64,000 bases of DNA from assembly GCF_009914755.1 (NCBI RefSeq), contig NC_060928.1; one strand, given 5' to 3'. Of the stretch, positions 45,061 to 58,934 are shown piece after piece. Source of the stretch: the human T2T-CHM13v2.0 reference genome, Homo sapiens. The notes under the pieces are model-generated. The model worked only from the letters and a program-made list of their open reading frames with translations. It had not been told where the DNA came from and did not search any database. The number at the start of each line of letters is the position of its first letter. Position 1 is the first letter of the stretch. A program made the position numbers and the translations under genes.

Positions 45061-45710
45061 TGTCTCTTTGTCTCACTGCTCTCTTTCTGAATAATATCTT
45101 CTTCTAACAACCACTCCCGAAGGTGTGCAACTTCACAGGCTGTTGATGATATCATATTGCCTATACTAAACTGTTAGGCAGTTTTCCAAATAGTTAAAAA
45201 GTTAAAAATGTTTTAATTTGTTTTTGTCCTTAAAAACTCCCTCAAACCACTATATTTTAAAGATGCCAGAGGAGATAGTGCTGAGCAATTCAGAAAGCAA
45301 AACGAAGCAAACCAAAACAAAACTTTGGGTCAGTGATGCCAGTTACTTAACACCCTCACCCTCAATGCAGAGCCGGCAGCTAACGTGCTTTTCCAGCTTC
45401 TTGGTGGTCTTAATTGGTTCCGGAGAAAGACTAACTGTCCATATACACGCAACCAGCTGATCGCTCCAGCTATTATAGACTTTTTTCAGTAAATGAGTCC
45501 AAAGTGATTAAGTCTACAGAGCCATCAGATTCACTGCATTCTATTTCTGACATAGAATTTTAAAAAAAATTTATAGGGAAAACAAATGTATTGACATTTA
45601 CAAAAATCAGTTTAAAATTGAATGGGAATCACTGAATAAAATAAAGTGCTTAAAGTCACAGTTGCTATCATATTTGTTCTCACTTTCATTAAGGTTCTGA
45701 AATAACTTTT

Positions 45711-46033
45711 CTTTTTTTTCTTTTTCTTTTTCTTTTTTTTTTTTTCTTTTGAGATGGAGTCTCACACTGTTGCCCAGGCTGGAGTGCAGTGGCACAATCT
45801 TGGCTCACTGCAACCTCCGCCTCCCAGGTTCAAGTGATTCTCCTTGCCTCAGCCTCCCAAGTAGCTGAGATTACAGGCACCCACCACCACGCCCAGCTAA
45901 ATTTTTTGTACTTTTAGTAGAGATGGGATTTCACTATGTTAGCCAGGCTGGTCTCGAACTCCTGACCTCATGATCTGCCCACCTCGGCCTCCCAAAGTGC
46001 TGGGATTACAGGTATGAGCCACCACACCCAGCC
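45711..46033 (-). mobile_element. AluS (Sg/Sc-like)
   Basis: Full Alu; TSD ctgaaataactttt at 45697-45710 and 46034-46047. Confidence 0.95.
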
Positions 46034-46056
46034 CTGAAATAACTTTTGTACAGTAA

Positions 46057-46473
<417 letters not shown>

Positions 46474-46839
46474 CTAAAAAAGTATTTGTTTTTCCACCCC
46501 TAAATTTTGGCAACTATAAATAAATGAGCAAAGAGCTTTCCTTCATTATTATTCTTTTTGTTGATAAAGGTGGAAGAAGTAGTTGAAGCCAAATTCTCTG
46601 AGTGACTTAAAAAGATAATATTTTGTAGAGGTTGCAAAGGTTATGAAAGTGTCAGTTCTAATTTTTTAAATGAATCACACATCCAGAAGTTGATGCAGAA
46701 AATTAACCTCATCATGTATTTTATAAAGTTCTATGAGGAAAAATACATTGGTTACTTGTTACCAAAAATTTCCAACGAAAGTTTTATAAATCAGGAAAAC
46801 CCTAGAGCGTATCATGAATTGTATGTATGAGTTAATCAG

Positions 46840-47317
46840 TGTCAAGAACTTTGAAGGGTATGAGAATTTAAACTAATTGCAGCTAACCAGTTCTGCTGCC
46901 AGTTTCATTGCTAGCAGAAGACACAAGACTCCAGATTAGAGACAAGTTATTCACATTGCAGAAAGCAGCACGAGGGTAGCATATTTGTATTGGTTCTTTT
47001 TGCTCCCCACATTACATGGGGGTGATGCTGATGGATCCAGGTGTATGTTGCACATGCATATGTTTGCATCATACAACAAAACCAGAATCTTTTACAAAGG
47101 GCAAAAGGAAACCTGTCCTTTTTCCTGGAAGGAGAAATTATCTTTACTACACCAAATGATAAGTAAAACTGCTCATTGCTCCTGATGAAGACACTACATT
47201 TTTCAAGATTGTTCACTGTACAGACATCTTTGAAAAGACAGTCTAGAGAAAAAGGGCAATTATTGCTTGAAACATGTTTTGAAACACCGGAGGCTTATGG
47301 AAAAGTTTCTCTCAATA
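46840..47317 (-). mobile_element. Solo LTR (MER76/LTR53-like, ERVL class)
   Basis: Reverse-complement homologue of the 15325-15765 LTR; perfect 5-bp TSD atcag at 46835-46839 and 47318-47322. Confidence 0.85.
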
Positions 47318-47349
47318 ATCAGGTGCAGGCTAATCTTAAAAATAACTAC

Positions 47350-47665
47350 GGCCGGACGTGGTGGCTCACGGCTGTAATCCCAGCACTTTGGAAGGTCAAG
47401 GCGGGCAGATCACCTGAGGTCAGGAGTTCCAGACCAGCCTGCCCAACATGGCGAAACCCCATCTCTACTGAAAATACAAAAATTAGCCAGGCGTGGTGGT
47501 GGGCACCTGTAATTTCAGCTACTTGGGAGGCTGAGGCAAGAGAATTGCTTGAACCTGGGAGCGGAGGTTGCAGTGAGCCCAGATCATGCCATTGCACTCC
47601 AGCCTGGGTGACAGAGCAAGACTCTGTCTCCAAAACAAAACAAAACAAAACAAAACAAAACAAAA
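47350..47665 (+). mobile_element. AluS
   Basis: Full Alu with (CAAAA)n tail. Confidence 0.95.
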
Positions 47666-47743
47666 CTATTTAGGTAACTTACTATTGTATTAAATATAAC
47701 ATAGATTTTCCGTGGACATTTTACCCCTTTTAAATCATATCTT

Positions 47744-48044
47744 TTTTTTATTTTTTATTTTTTTGAGACGGAGTCTCGCTCTGTTGCCCAGGCTGGAGTG
47801 CAGTGGCACCATCTTGGCTCACTGCAAGCTCCACCTCCTGGGTTCATGCCATTCTCCTGCCTCAGCCTCCTGAGTAGCTGGGACTACAGGTTCCCACCAC
47901 CTTACCCAGCTAATTTTTTGTATATTTAGTAGAGATGGGGTTTCACGTGTTAGCCAGGATGGTCTCGATCTCCTGACCTTGTGTTCCGCCTGCCTTGGCC
48001 TCCCAAAGTGCTGGGATTACAGGCGTGAGCCACCATGGCCAGCC
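47744..48044 (-). mobile_element. AluY-like
   Basis: Diagnostics gcaagctcc, ttcatgccattc, gtgttagccaggatggtctcgatc; TSD ttaaatcatatctt at 47730-47743 and 48045-48058. Confidence 0.92.
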
Positions 48045-48539
48045 TTAAATCATATCTTAAGTGAATGATAAAGAGACAGTCTCATTCTATGACTGTGCCA
48101 GTAGTAAAAATAGGATTGTCCATTCCTAATAAATTCATTGTATTTTATTATTAACTATTATTTGGTTCTAAACATCAAAGAAATGCATTGGATCAGTGGG
48201 TAAATAAATAGTTGTTATGATTACTCCAGTGTTTAGTACTGGGACAGTTTCCAGAATCTCTTGATAGTTCTTATAATCAAAAGACCTTTGATACCAGTGT
48301 GTTGATCTAAAAGACAGCTAATTTGCAGCCTCCCAGCATAACTTTTTTTAATAGGTCCTCCCATATAACCTATCTTAAGGTCAATTGATTCAGTAGAACA
48401 CCTAGATTGGGGTACAAACAACTGGAAGAAGCGTTATTAGCTAGGGGTCCCAATCCAGACGCCAAGAGAGGATTCTGGAACCTCATGCAAGAAAGAATTC
48501 AGGGTGAGTCCATAGATTAAAATGAAAGCAAGTTTATCA

Positions 48540-48680
<141 letters not shown>

Positions 48681-48782
48681 TTACTCCACAGGCAGAGCAG
48701 CCACATGGGCTGCTCCACTGAGTATACTTATAGTTATTTCTTGATTTTATATGCTAAAAAAGAGATGGATTATTCATGAGTT

Positions 48783-48812
48783 TTCGGGGAAAGGAGCAGG
48801 GATTTCCCAGAA
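48783..48812. promoter_or_regulatory. Tandem GAS (STAT) motifs TTCGGGGAA and TTCCCAGAA in MER41
   Basis: Both fit TTCN3GAA (48783-48791, 48804-48812); MER41B is a known carrier of STAT1 sites; activity here is untested. Confidence 0.6.
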
Positions 48813-49211
48813 CTCAGGGTTCTTCCCGTTTTTAGGCTATATAGGGTAACTTCCTCATGTTGCCATGGCATTTGTAAACTGCCATGGTGCTGGTAGGAGT
48901 GTCTCTTAGCATGCTAATGCATTGTAATTAGCATATAATGAGCAGTGAGGACAACCAGACTTCTTTCTCATCACCATCTTGGTTTTGGTGGGTTTTGGCC
49001 AGCTTCTTAACCACATCCTGTTTTATCAGCAAGGTCTTTGTGCCAACCTCCCATCTCATCCTGTGACTAAGAATGCCTAACCTCCTGGGAATGCAGCCCA
49101 GCATATCTCAGCCTTATTTTACCCAGACCTTATTCAAGATGGAGGTGCTCTGGTTCAAATGCCTCTGATAAAAGGTGTCCTCAAGTGGCTGGCAATTTTG
49201 GAGGCCATCTC

Positions 49212-49341
49212 AAAAATTCTGCCTACCATACCGGCCATTTACAGCTTTCTGAAAGTGTATACCTACCCCTATTCTGCTTTTTATTTACATAGTTATCACC
49301 ACATATTTACTTTCTTCTTTACTCATGAATTTTTTCCCTCT
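49212..49341 (+). repeat. 130-bp direct repeat, copy 2
   Basis: 124/130 identical, ungapped, to 43027-43156. Confidence 0.95.
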
Positions 49342-51389
49342 GTAGAAGGGAAAATTTTTCTTTTTAGCCCAGAGGTAAGAGAGTGTGCAAGTGCTATGCT
49401 ATCTACTCCCTATACCCTAGAAGCATAAACTTTAGCAAGTCAGCTACATCCCAGTAAAATTGCTAACTACATGTATCTATAAAACAGATAATGCTACCAT
49501 CTGGACCCTATTACCAACATTTGAAATAACAATCCCAGGGACTATCCAATCCTGGGGACTATACCAACAGACCATAAGGCAAGGAAAAGTGGTTCCTTTT
49601 CATGAATTACTGTTAGATGAGCACACTTAAAAGAAACTATAAACACTGAGCCTCACAAAGTTCCCCTACTAACCTCCATCCCTTGAAGTCAGTCAAGGCA
49701 GAGTCCCCTAGAGTTGACAATTAAAGGACAGACCATGGTTTTTCTCAGAGAAAACCATCTGTCCAGGGGTAAATTGACCTAAGCCTGTTGTTTAGACATC
49801 GTGGAAGTAATGGTAGCAACCAAAACGTTTGCATAGATGAGGCTTCTCAACAGCCTCACAGACATAGAGAATTATAATGAAAGCAAGTCTCACATCAATT
49901 TTTCCATGCATACGTATGTATGAAATTTCATGAATCTGGGAAAAAACAGTTCATGCAATGTTTTCTGTAATCTTGGATGAAGTGTGAACTCTCTATTTTT
50001 GTGAGAGGTTCAATCTTACTTTGCATAAAATATCACTGGATGCTGGCTCCAATATTCTAAAGGTAGATCCTGTTACCCCTGTCGTCAGAAATCTCCAATT
50101 CAGTGGCTAGACACAAAACCATTTGGTGATCCCTGCTTGGGTCCCCTTCCTATGGTTACAGACTATAAGACTTATTCAAGTCTCATACTCTGTTCATGCA
50201 AGGTAGGTATTTTCTTAAAAAGTTTAGTTAATCCTCATATATTGAATGCTAGTTATATCAAGAGAGAATTCAGCTATAACTATGCTGATTAGTAAGACAC
50301 TGATTTCACCAATGAAAATCCATTTTTAGAAAATTTATTAACATAATTATTAAAGCCTTTGGTGTTAGTCAAAGATAAAAATAATGGAAACACTTGTAGT
50401 TGCTTTGTCTGGAGTGTAGGCTTTCCAATATGTAACCAGTCCTACAATCTAATAGACTGTTGACCTATTAATTTCTGAATGAAGTAACTGACTGCATCTA
50501 AGGCCTAACTTTAACATACTCATACACATTACACTCTCTAAACAAAAGTATTTTAAAATAAGTCACAGCTATCTTATAACTACTGTTTAGGCACCTTGTA
50601 GTCAAACAGGCTACTTTCATCTCTGAAATGGCTGAAAGGCCTAGTGCCTAGGGTCAAGTTCACCAGGGTGTACCACACAACTTTTTCAGTAATTTCCCTA
50701 TCTCCCATTTTCCATCTGCCACAGACCTATAGGTAAGCCCTACTCACTTCAGCCCTCCTCATATCTGGGAGACATCTTGCCCTTTTCCCTCCACCTGTTT
50801 TCAAGGCTTTTTTCTTTATTCGCTTCTGTATTCCAAGAGACTTTATTTGCACATAATGGAAGACAAGTGGCTTCCAAGGCAAGGAAAAAAAGGGTCCTAG
50901 ATATTTTAATAGATAAGAGAAAGAAATGAAATACAACAAACAAAATAAAAACTAATAAATCAAATTATGTCAAAAAATAATTTTTTTATTGGAGAAGGAA
51001 GTTGAAATTGTACCTTTGGTTTTGGCAACTAACAATGTGTTATTTTCTTTCCTGACCAGGAGAGAAAATAACAACCTGTGCTAGGACTTGACCTGCAGGC
51101 ACCTGAACCAAAATGGAATCCAGGCGAAGAAAACAGGGCTGGGAAGTCACAATATTTTGAACTTTCTCATACTAGTATTGGTACAGTTTTCACAAGGAAC
51201 TTTAGGAGAAGCCTCTGTGCTAACCCAGCAGAGTTATCCTCTCCCCATGTGTCCTCTCTACTTACTCATCATTACTATGCCAAAAGGACTATGTAGTCAT
51301 ACCTGAAAAATGTTTAGTTAATAAAGCTAGGTGTTCAATTTACAACAGGACCTCTAGGGAAAGACAAATGTAGCCTCCTCTTATCCATC

Positions 51390-51650
51390 CAACAGGCAAA
51401 TTCTTACTAACTTTTTATGTCTCAACTTACATACTAATTCCTTGAAAAAGCCCTTTCCTACTTGCCTGGAACTTTTCTGCAGCCATGCTACTGCTGTAGC
51501 TACACATACTCCTTAGCATAGAATAAACCTAAATATCTTATAATTAATTGCTCATCTGTTGTTCAGATAAATGGTTTTTATCTTTGTATTCATAATCTCT
51601 AGTTCAGTGTCTAGCACATACTATGCACTAGAAATGTGAGTTTAATGAAC
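51390..51650 (+). mobile_element. L2 3' fragment
   Basis: gaaaagccctttcc...ttttatctttgtattc..aatctctagttcagtgtctagcacata. Confidence 0.55.
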
Positions 51651-54184
51651 AATTGCTTGACTAGCAGAAAAGTTCCATGACTCAATGGGAGAAGATGACT
51701 CAAAGGCAGATGAACATGCCTTTAGGGAATAGAAGAAAGAACAACTTTTCTTCTAAAACTGGTAATAAGAAAGAATACAAAGCAGATAAAAATAAGATTG
51801 TAGGTGTGGGCATAGAAAGTTAAAAAATAATTTACTCCTTTTTTTTAATTGCAAAATAAAAGACACACTGGATGGAGGAAGGTATTAGGAATGGGTAGAA
51901 ACTTTAGAAGTGTAGTATAGGTTTGGAATAGTTATTGAGAGAAATGAAAAAAGACACGGCTAAGAACACAAAAAGGAATTTCTCAATGACGTTGAGAACC
52001 TGACTGCAGCTGCATACCATTTATTTTAAAAATGACAATGCAACAGTATTCAACCGCTTGGGGCAGGCAAAAAGATACTGACCACTCAGTTAAATGAATA
52101 TTGTTACAAGTAGATAAAAGATCACAACCTACATACTTAAAAATATGTTCATCAAATGATAATTTCCTACATTGTCTATTCAGAGTTCATGGGCAGCTTA
52201 CTAGATAATGTAAGTAATTAATACTTAAGAGTTTCTCTAGTAACAGGCATCTAGTGCTCTATCAGAAGCCATGATTTTTGAAAAATATATAAGGATAGCA
52301 TGAGGGAGATCTAATAGTGAAACAGAAGACAGTCTACAGTGGTGCAGAAACTCTAGCTCCTAGAGAGGCGACTCCAAAGGATGGTATGCAAAACAGCTTT
52401 TGTCCTAAAAGTGATATGAATTGAAATTTTATAACAAATACTAGAGTTGGGTCATTATCACATTTTTTTTTATAAAACTTGATAAATATGGTGTTATTTT
52501 GCATAACTTTGGAATATTTCACTTTAGAAATGTGAAATTTTTATCAGGAAATAAAACATTTTCCACACCTCTTCATGCTAGAAAAATGTTATTGATAAGA
52601 GTTAAAAATAGTTTTGTTTCTCTCTTTACCTAAGAAGGAAGTAACCAAGGAGAGTATTTTTAAAATTGCAAACAGCTGGATAATCAACACCAAGTTCCTA
52701 TCTCTTGCGTAGGTTGCAAATTGAAAAATGAAATCTTGTCTTGTTTGCAGATCCTTAAAAGAGGGTCTGAAAGTGATTTAGTTTCATCACTAAATATTTA
52801 TGGAAATTGATTAAATGTTACCAGGGACTTACAGAGATATTAACAACCCCCAGAGCAAAACAAGATCTTTCTTCCGTTACTGTGTTCCAAGAAATTTGAA
52901 AATATGCTACATATGTTTTTTCTGGAACAGTAATTGAAGAAAGAATCAATCAATGAATTAAAAATTATTTTCCATAACCTGTCCTCTAACTATTTTCTTT
53001 ATTTTAGCCTCGTATTATCTACTACTGAGCTACATTTACAATATACACACTAGAGACTATCATTTTGGCAAATGCATAATATGTTTTATTTTACTAAGCA
53101 AGGTATTATGAAAGGAAAAACATTAAATCTCCTCTGTTTTTTATTAAGCATGTATTTCTCCATTCACAGTGTTTTACTCTGGACAAGAACTTAATAAAAT
53201 GAGAAGTCCAAACTCATGTTTCTCTTTACTATAGAAAGTAATTTGTTGGCCTCATAGTTTAACCTGTCCAAGATAAAAAGAGAGTCTCCAGTAAATACTT
53301 CCACTTAATGATGTAAAATTTTTATTCACACAGAATTTCTAATCCATATATGTATACAAAATAATTACATGAAGGAAATGTGAGCAATTACTTCAATCAA
53401 ATCCTTAAAAAAGAAGCATGATACTCACCTAACCAGCACAGTATACAATATCTCCCCAAATTGGAAAGCATTTTCATGCAGAATTAACAGAGGATGGCCC
53501 ATTTCCATGCATCAGCAGCAGTCTTACACAACTATCCACACCCAAGCTCTCACACACTCACAGGGAAGGAATCATCTCTTTCCTTTCCTAATGTCACCCA
53601 CAGTAGAACCATATCCCTTCTCCACTCTTTCTTAGCTTGCACAAAAATAATTCCCACCACCCACAGGTTGGCTCAGGGCCTCTGAGGAATGAGCAGTGAC
53701 AAGATCAAAGAGCTCTTCCTCTTCTCACACCCACAGTTAATTGTCTACCTCCAAGATTCTAAACTTGAAGGCATGTCTCATAACACCCCAAAGGGGAGGA
53801 TTGCGTGAGAAGACAGCCTGCCAACTCACACGGTATTATGAACCCAAACAGACCAGAATAAAAAATACATACCCTTAATCAATCACTTATAACAATTAAA
53901 ATGTGCTGTAGTTTCCTTTTTTCATAATGGCAGTCTGTCCAGTTTATCAGTGTAAATATATTTACATATTAAGAGGATCTTGGAATTTCTGCACTTGCTG
54001 AGTGACATAATCAACAGCAAGTAGGTAAGTTGCTAGGCCAAAAGACCAGAATTATACAGAATACGTGCTTTGTACTAAAATAATTGTTCTGATGGGGAAA
54101 TTATAATTTATTCCCAAGTAATTGTATATCCTTGTAGTCAGAGGGCATAAGAGTTGTAGGTACACAATTTGAGCAGGGTTATGG

Positions 54185-54380
54185 TGATAATAGTAATAAT
54201 TGCTAACATTTATCAGTGGTCATCTATGTGTTAGAAATGTACTGGATTATTTATATACATAATTCCTAATTAATAACATAAATAAGGTTACTAGCCTAGT
54301 AACTGACTGAGCTACCTTGTCTAGTGAATGGCCTGAACTAATATAACTGTATGTGTCTATTACTGTAAACCTCTGTGCTC
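54185..54380 (-). mobile_element. Degenerate MIR
   Basis: aataattgctaacatttatcagtg..catctatgtg. Confidence 0.45.
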
Positions 54381-54390
54381 ATTCTTAGAC

Positions 54391-55060
54391 CAGCAATCGT
54401 AAGTCTCAGGCCTTCATTACACATTTAAGCCTTATAGAGAATCCCAAAGAGTTTTGTCTATGTGGGGGTGCATCTATCAATATATGTTAGGAATTTAAAA
54501 TGAGAAAACTTTAAAATGTTTTGTACATTAAATCATTTTAAAGAAGAATACTAAATTTATTTCATGTTAACGTAAGTAAAATATTTTATGAAAATAATGT
54601 TTTCCAAAACAAAAAAAAAGGGAGAAGAATGGTACTGCTTTACATTTTTGTAAATCTCATTAATCTGTGGCTTAATAGAAGATAGGTATGCTCTGAAATG
54701 TGCTCTGTATTTGATGTGTTTTGGTTGAAATGTAAGAAGAAACTATAGCCCTACACAGATACATAATAGAAAGATGAAAGAATATTTTAATAGCATTTTC
54801 AGGTAATTATGATATTATTATTGGATACCACACCAAACTCTACAAATAGTAGTTTCTCACAGATTAATTGTAATGTGTTCTCTGAAATTATATCAGTAAA
54901 AAGTGTACCCTGTTATATCAAAATCCTTTGGTCCATGTTTCATGTTGATAAATTTGTTGACACATAAATGCTTTTTTAATATCATGCATTAGTCATTGGG
55001 AAATTATTAGTTCAATGAATAATGCAGATAGTCCAAATGTTGACACTTTTTAATATAAGA
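54391..55060 (-). mobile_element. Charlie1-like hAT DNA transposon fragment
   Basis: gtctcagg...cccaaagagttttg..tatgtggg...tttacatttttgtaaatctc..ggcttaatagaaga...tacacagat...caccaaactc. Confidence 0.75.
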
Positions 55061-55069
55061 TTAAACATA

Positions 55070-57430
55070 ATATACTTTGATTCTTTTCTCTTTATCTTTT
55101 GTGTATATATTAGAGGTTTTATCCCTATGTTTACTATCTGGCTTACATAAAACACCAGATAGTTATATCATTATATTTTAAGCTGATAACACCTTAACTT
55201 CAATCACATAAAATACCCCATACTTTTATTTTTCTAACCTTCCACTCTTAATGGTATTAATATCACACTTAACATGTTTCTATACTGTGTATACATCTAA
55301 AAGTTATTGTTGTTATAGCTATTTATAATATTTTTGTCTTTTAACTTTTATATTAGTGTTAAAAGTGATTTACACAACAGCATTACAGTATTAGACTATG
55401 CATTTCCCTTTACCAATAAATTTTATACTTGTACATGTTTTCATGTTGTCACTTACTGTCCTTTCATTTCAACTCAAAGAACTCCCTTTAGCACTTCTTG
55501 TAAGACAGAGCTCTTCGTGATGAACTTCCTCACCCTTTGTTTTCTGGGATTATCTTTATCTGCTCTTCATTTCTAAAGGGCAGCTTTGCTGGGTATAGTG
55601 TTGTTGGTTAGCTTATTCTTGAAAGGTTTTCTTCTTTCAGCACTTTGAATACATCATCCCACTGTCTCCTGGCTTGTAAGGTTTCTGTTGAGAAGTCCAC
55701 TCATAGCCTAATGAAGATTCCCTAGTATAAGTCTCTTTTTGCTTGTTATTTCAAGATTCTCTCTGACCTTTTGAAAATTCTATCATAATGTGTAGCTGAG
55801 CATTTTTCTTTGAGTTGATATTTCCTGGGATCCTTTGAGCTTCATGAATCTGGATGTCCATATTCCAGGCCCCTCTTGTTGAAAACTGGGAAGTTTTCAA
55901 CCAGTAGTTCTTTAAATAAGCTTTCTGTTCCTGTTTTTTTTAATTCTCATTCTAGGATTATTATAATTTGCATATTTGTTAGCTTGAGGGTGTCCATAGG
56001 TATCATATGTTTTCTTTACTATTTTATATTCTTTTTTCTTTTTGTTACTTTAACTGGTCAATTTCATATGACCTGTCTTCAAGTTTAATAATCTTTTCTT
56101 CTACATAATCAGGTTTGCTGTCATAGTTCTCAACTGATTTTTTCAGTTCTGTCATTGTATTCTTCAGCTCCAGGATTTTTGTTTGGTTCTTTTTTATGCT
56201 TTCTACCCTATTTTTTAACTTTTCATTTTGTTCATGCCTTGTTTTCCTAAGTTTATTTAGTTGTCTTTCTGTGTTTTATTGCATCTCATTGAGTCATTCT
56301 GAGATGACTATTTTGTATTTTTTTTCAGGCAGTTTATAGGTATTCATTTATTTGTGGTCAGTTACTGAAGCTTTATCATCAGGTTGTCATGTTTCCTGAT
56401 TCTTCATTATCCATGTATACTTGTGCTGGTGTCTGTGCTTTTGAAGAAGTAAATACCTCTTCCAGTCAGTCTTTAAGACTGGATTAGGCAGATGAAGAGC
56501 TTCTCCTGTTGAGTTCCAAGCTGATTAGACTGCCTCCAGAATTACGGTTGAGTGGGAGTGAAGCTGGGCCATGTGGCTACTACTTGGTCCACAATGGCAT
56601 TCATGGTTGATGAACCTATTACCGGGGGCTTGCTTGAGTGGGTATGGGTCTTGTCTGGTCTCTCAATGGACTGGACTGCCTCAAGACCCTTGATCAATAG
56701 ATCTGGGATGAGGGTACACTTCAGGATCCACAGTCAGTGGACCAGTCACCAGGTGCATGGACACATATGGCTTTGTCCAAATCCCTGGGAGAGCTGCCAC
56801 TTGGTGTGTCCCTGGGAAGGCAGTACTTGCCCTGGACTTCATCTGAGAGGAGCTAGAGACTGCTTCAGGGCCTGCAGCAGAGACCAAGGCCACAACTGAG
56901 AGGAGCTAGAGCTGAGTTACAGGGCTGTTTTAAGATTCACAGTAGGACTGAGGAGTACGGCGGGCCTCCCTGCAGAAGCATAATTGGGTATACTTCCCTT
57001 TGGATATCTTTGCAGGCTGAACTGGTCTCAAACTGCAGCTGGCAGGGATTGGAGCCACATTATAGGGCCTCTTCAAAATATGCTACTTGACTGAGGCTGG
57101 CTAACCTACCTATAGGGGCATGGGTGTGTATGTTTCTCGGTGGGTCCCTGGGCAGGCAGGACTGCTCTCAGACCATAGCTGAAAGGGGCCAGAACTGAGT
57201 TAGAAGGTCCTTTTAGGGTCCACAACTGGGAACAGGGTTGACAGGCCTGTTACCTGAGGGATGTGTGGGCATTACTCCTTCAGGTTCTTTGGTGGATGGT
57301 TCTGGTGGTAGAACCAAAGCCATATGGACAGACCCATTTCTGAGTCTGGTGAGCCTGCTGACTAGGTGTAGGTCTGCCCTCTTGAAATAGCCCTCCTAGT
57401 TATTGGGCTCCATTGGGGTTTCACAACCTT
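55070..57430 (-). mobile_element. Old L1M 5' UTR/ORF1 remnant
   Basis: aactccctttagcacttcttgtaag, tctttcagcactttgaatacatcatcccactgtctcctggc, aaggtttctgttgagaagtc; GC-richer repeated 5' UTR at ~56550-57430. Confidence 0.8.
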
Positions 57431-57703
57431 GAACCTGCAATTTTTATGACATCACTTTCTTTTCTTTTTTAAACTCAAGATTATTTTCATTTGAATTAAA
57501 CATGGCAAAGTATTTAAATTCCTGGTGGTGTTAGGCCACAGGATGCTATATATTTGCTATCTGTGTGGTCCCAGTTGATATAATAAAAGAGGTAAAAGCT
57601 GGTAAAGGGTTGGTGCTCTATTTTTTTTTTTTTTTTTTTTTTTGATGCATCAGGATGCACTTCCAATTCCCGGATTTACACAAATGCTCTAATTTTAGAC
57701 AGA

Positions 57704-58347
<644 letters not shown>

Positions 58348-58582
58348 CTTTAGCCATTGGCAAGAATGAGACTAAATCAATTCCATATTAGCCTGGGACC
58401 ATATTTTGTTTGATCATTTTTATTAACTCATACTACAGCTCTGTCACTTTATTTTTATGGAAGAATTTTACCATTGGTCACTGTAGATAGTGACCATGAC
58501 TACATTACTTCCACTAGTGTGATTTATTTTTCCTTTTTTAAAAAAACTAAAAAAATACATATTTTTACTATTTTAACCCTCT

Positions 58583-58875
58583 ATTTTTTTTTGAAGTAGA
58601 GTCTCTCACTTTGTTGTCCAGGCATGAGTTCAGTGGCATGATCATGTCTCACTGCAACCTCAACCACCCAGGCTCAAGCAATCCCCTGCCTCCACCTCTC
58701 GAGTAGGTGGGACTACAGGTATGCAATACCATGCTCAGCTAAGTTTTAAATTTTTTGTAGAGATAGGGTCTTTTTATGTTGTCCAGTCTGGTCTTGAACT
58801 CCTGGGCTTAAGCGATCCTCCCCCATCAACCTCCCAAATTGCTGGGATTATGGTCATGATCCACTGTGCCCAGCC
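58583..58875 (-). mobile_element. AluJ
   Basis: ggctcaagcaatcc, ttttttgtagagatagggtc, ctcctgggcttaagcgatcctcc. Confidence 0.9.
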
Positions 58876-58899
58876 TTTGTTTTCTTAGGACATATACAA

Positions 58900-58934
58900 T
58901 ACACACACTCACACACACACACACACACACACAC
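58900..58934. repeat. (CA)n microsatellite
   Basis: seen directly. Confidence 0.95.

Noticed and set aside
47176-47673. 165-aa ORF and other Alu-overlapping ORFs
   Set aside because: LTR plus Alu read-through with typical Alu-derived peptide; no coding evidence.
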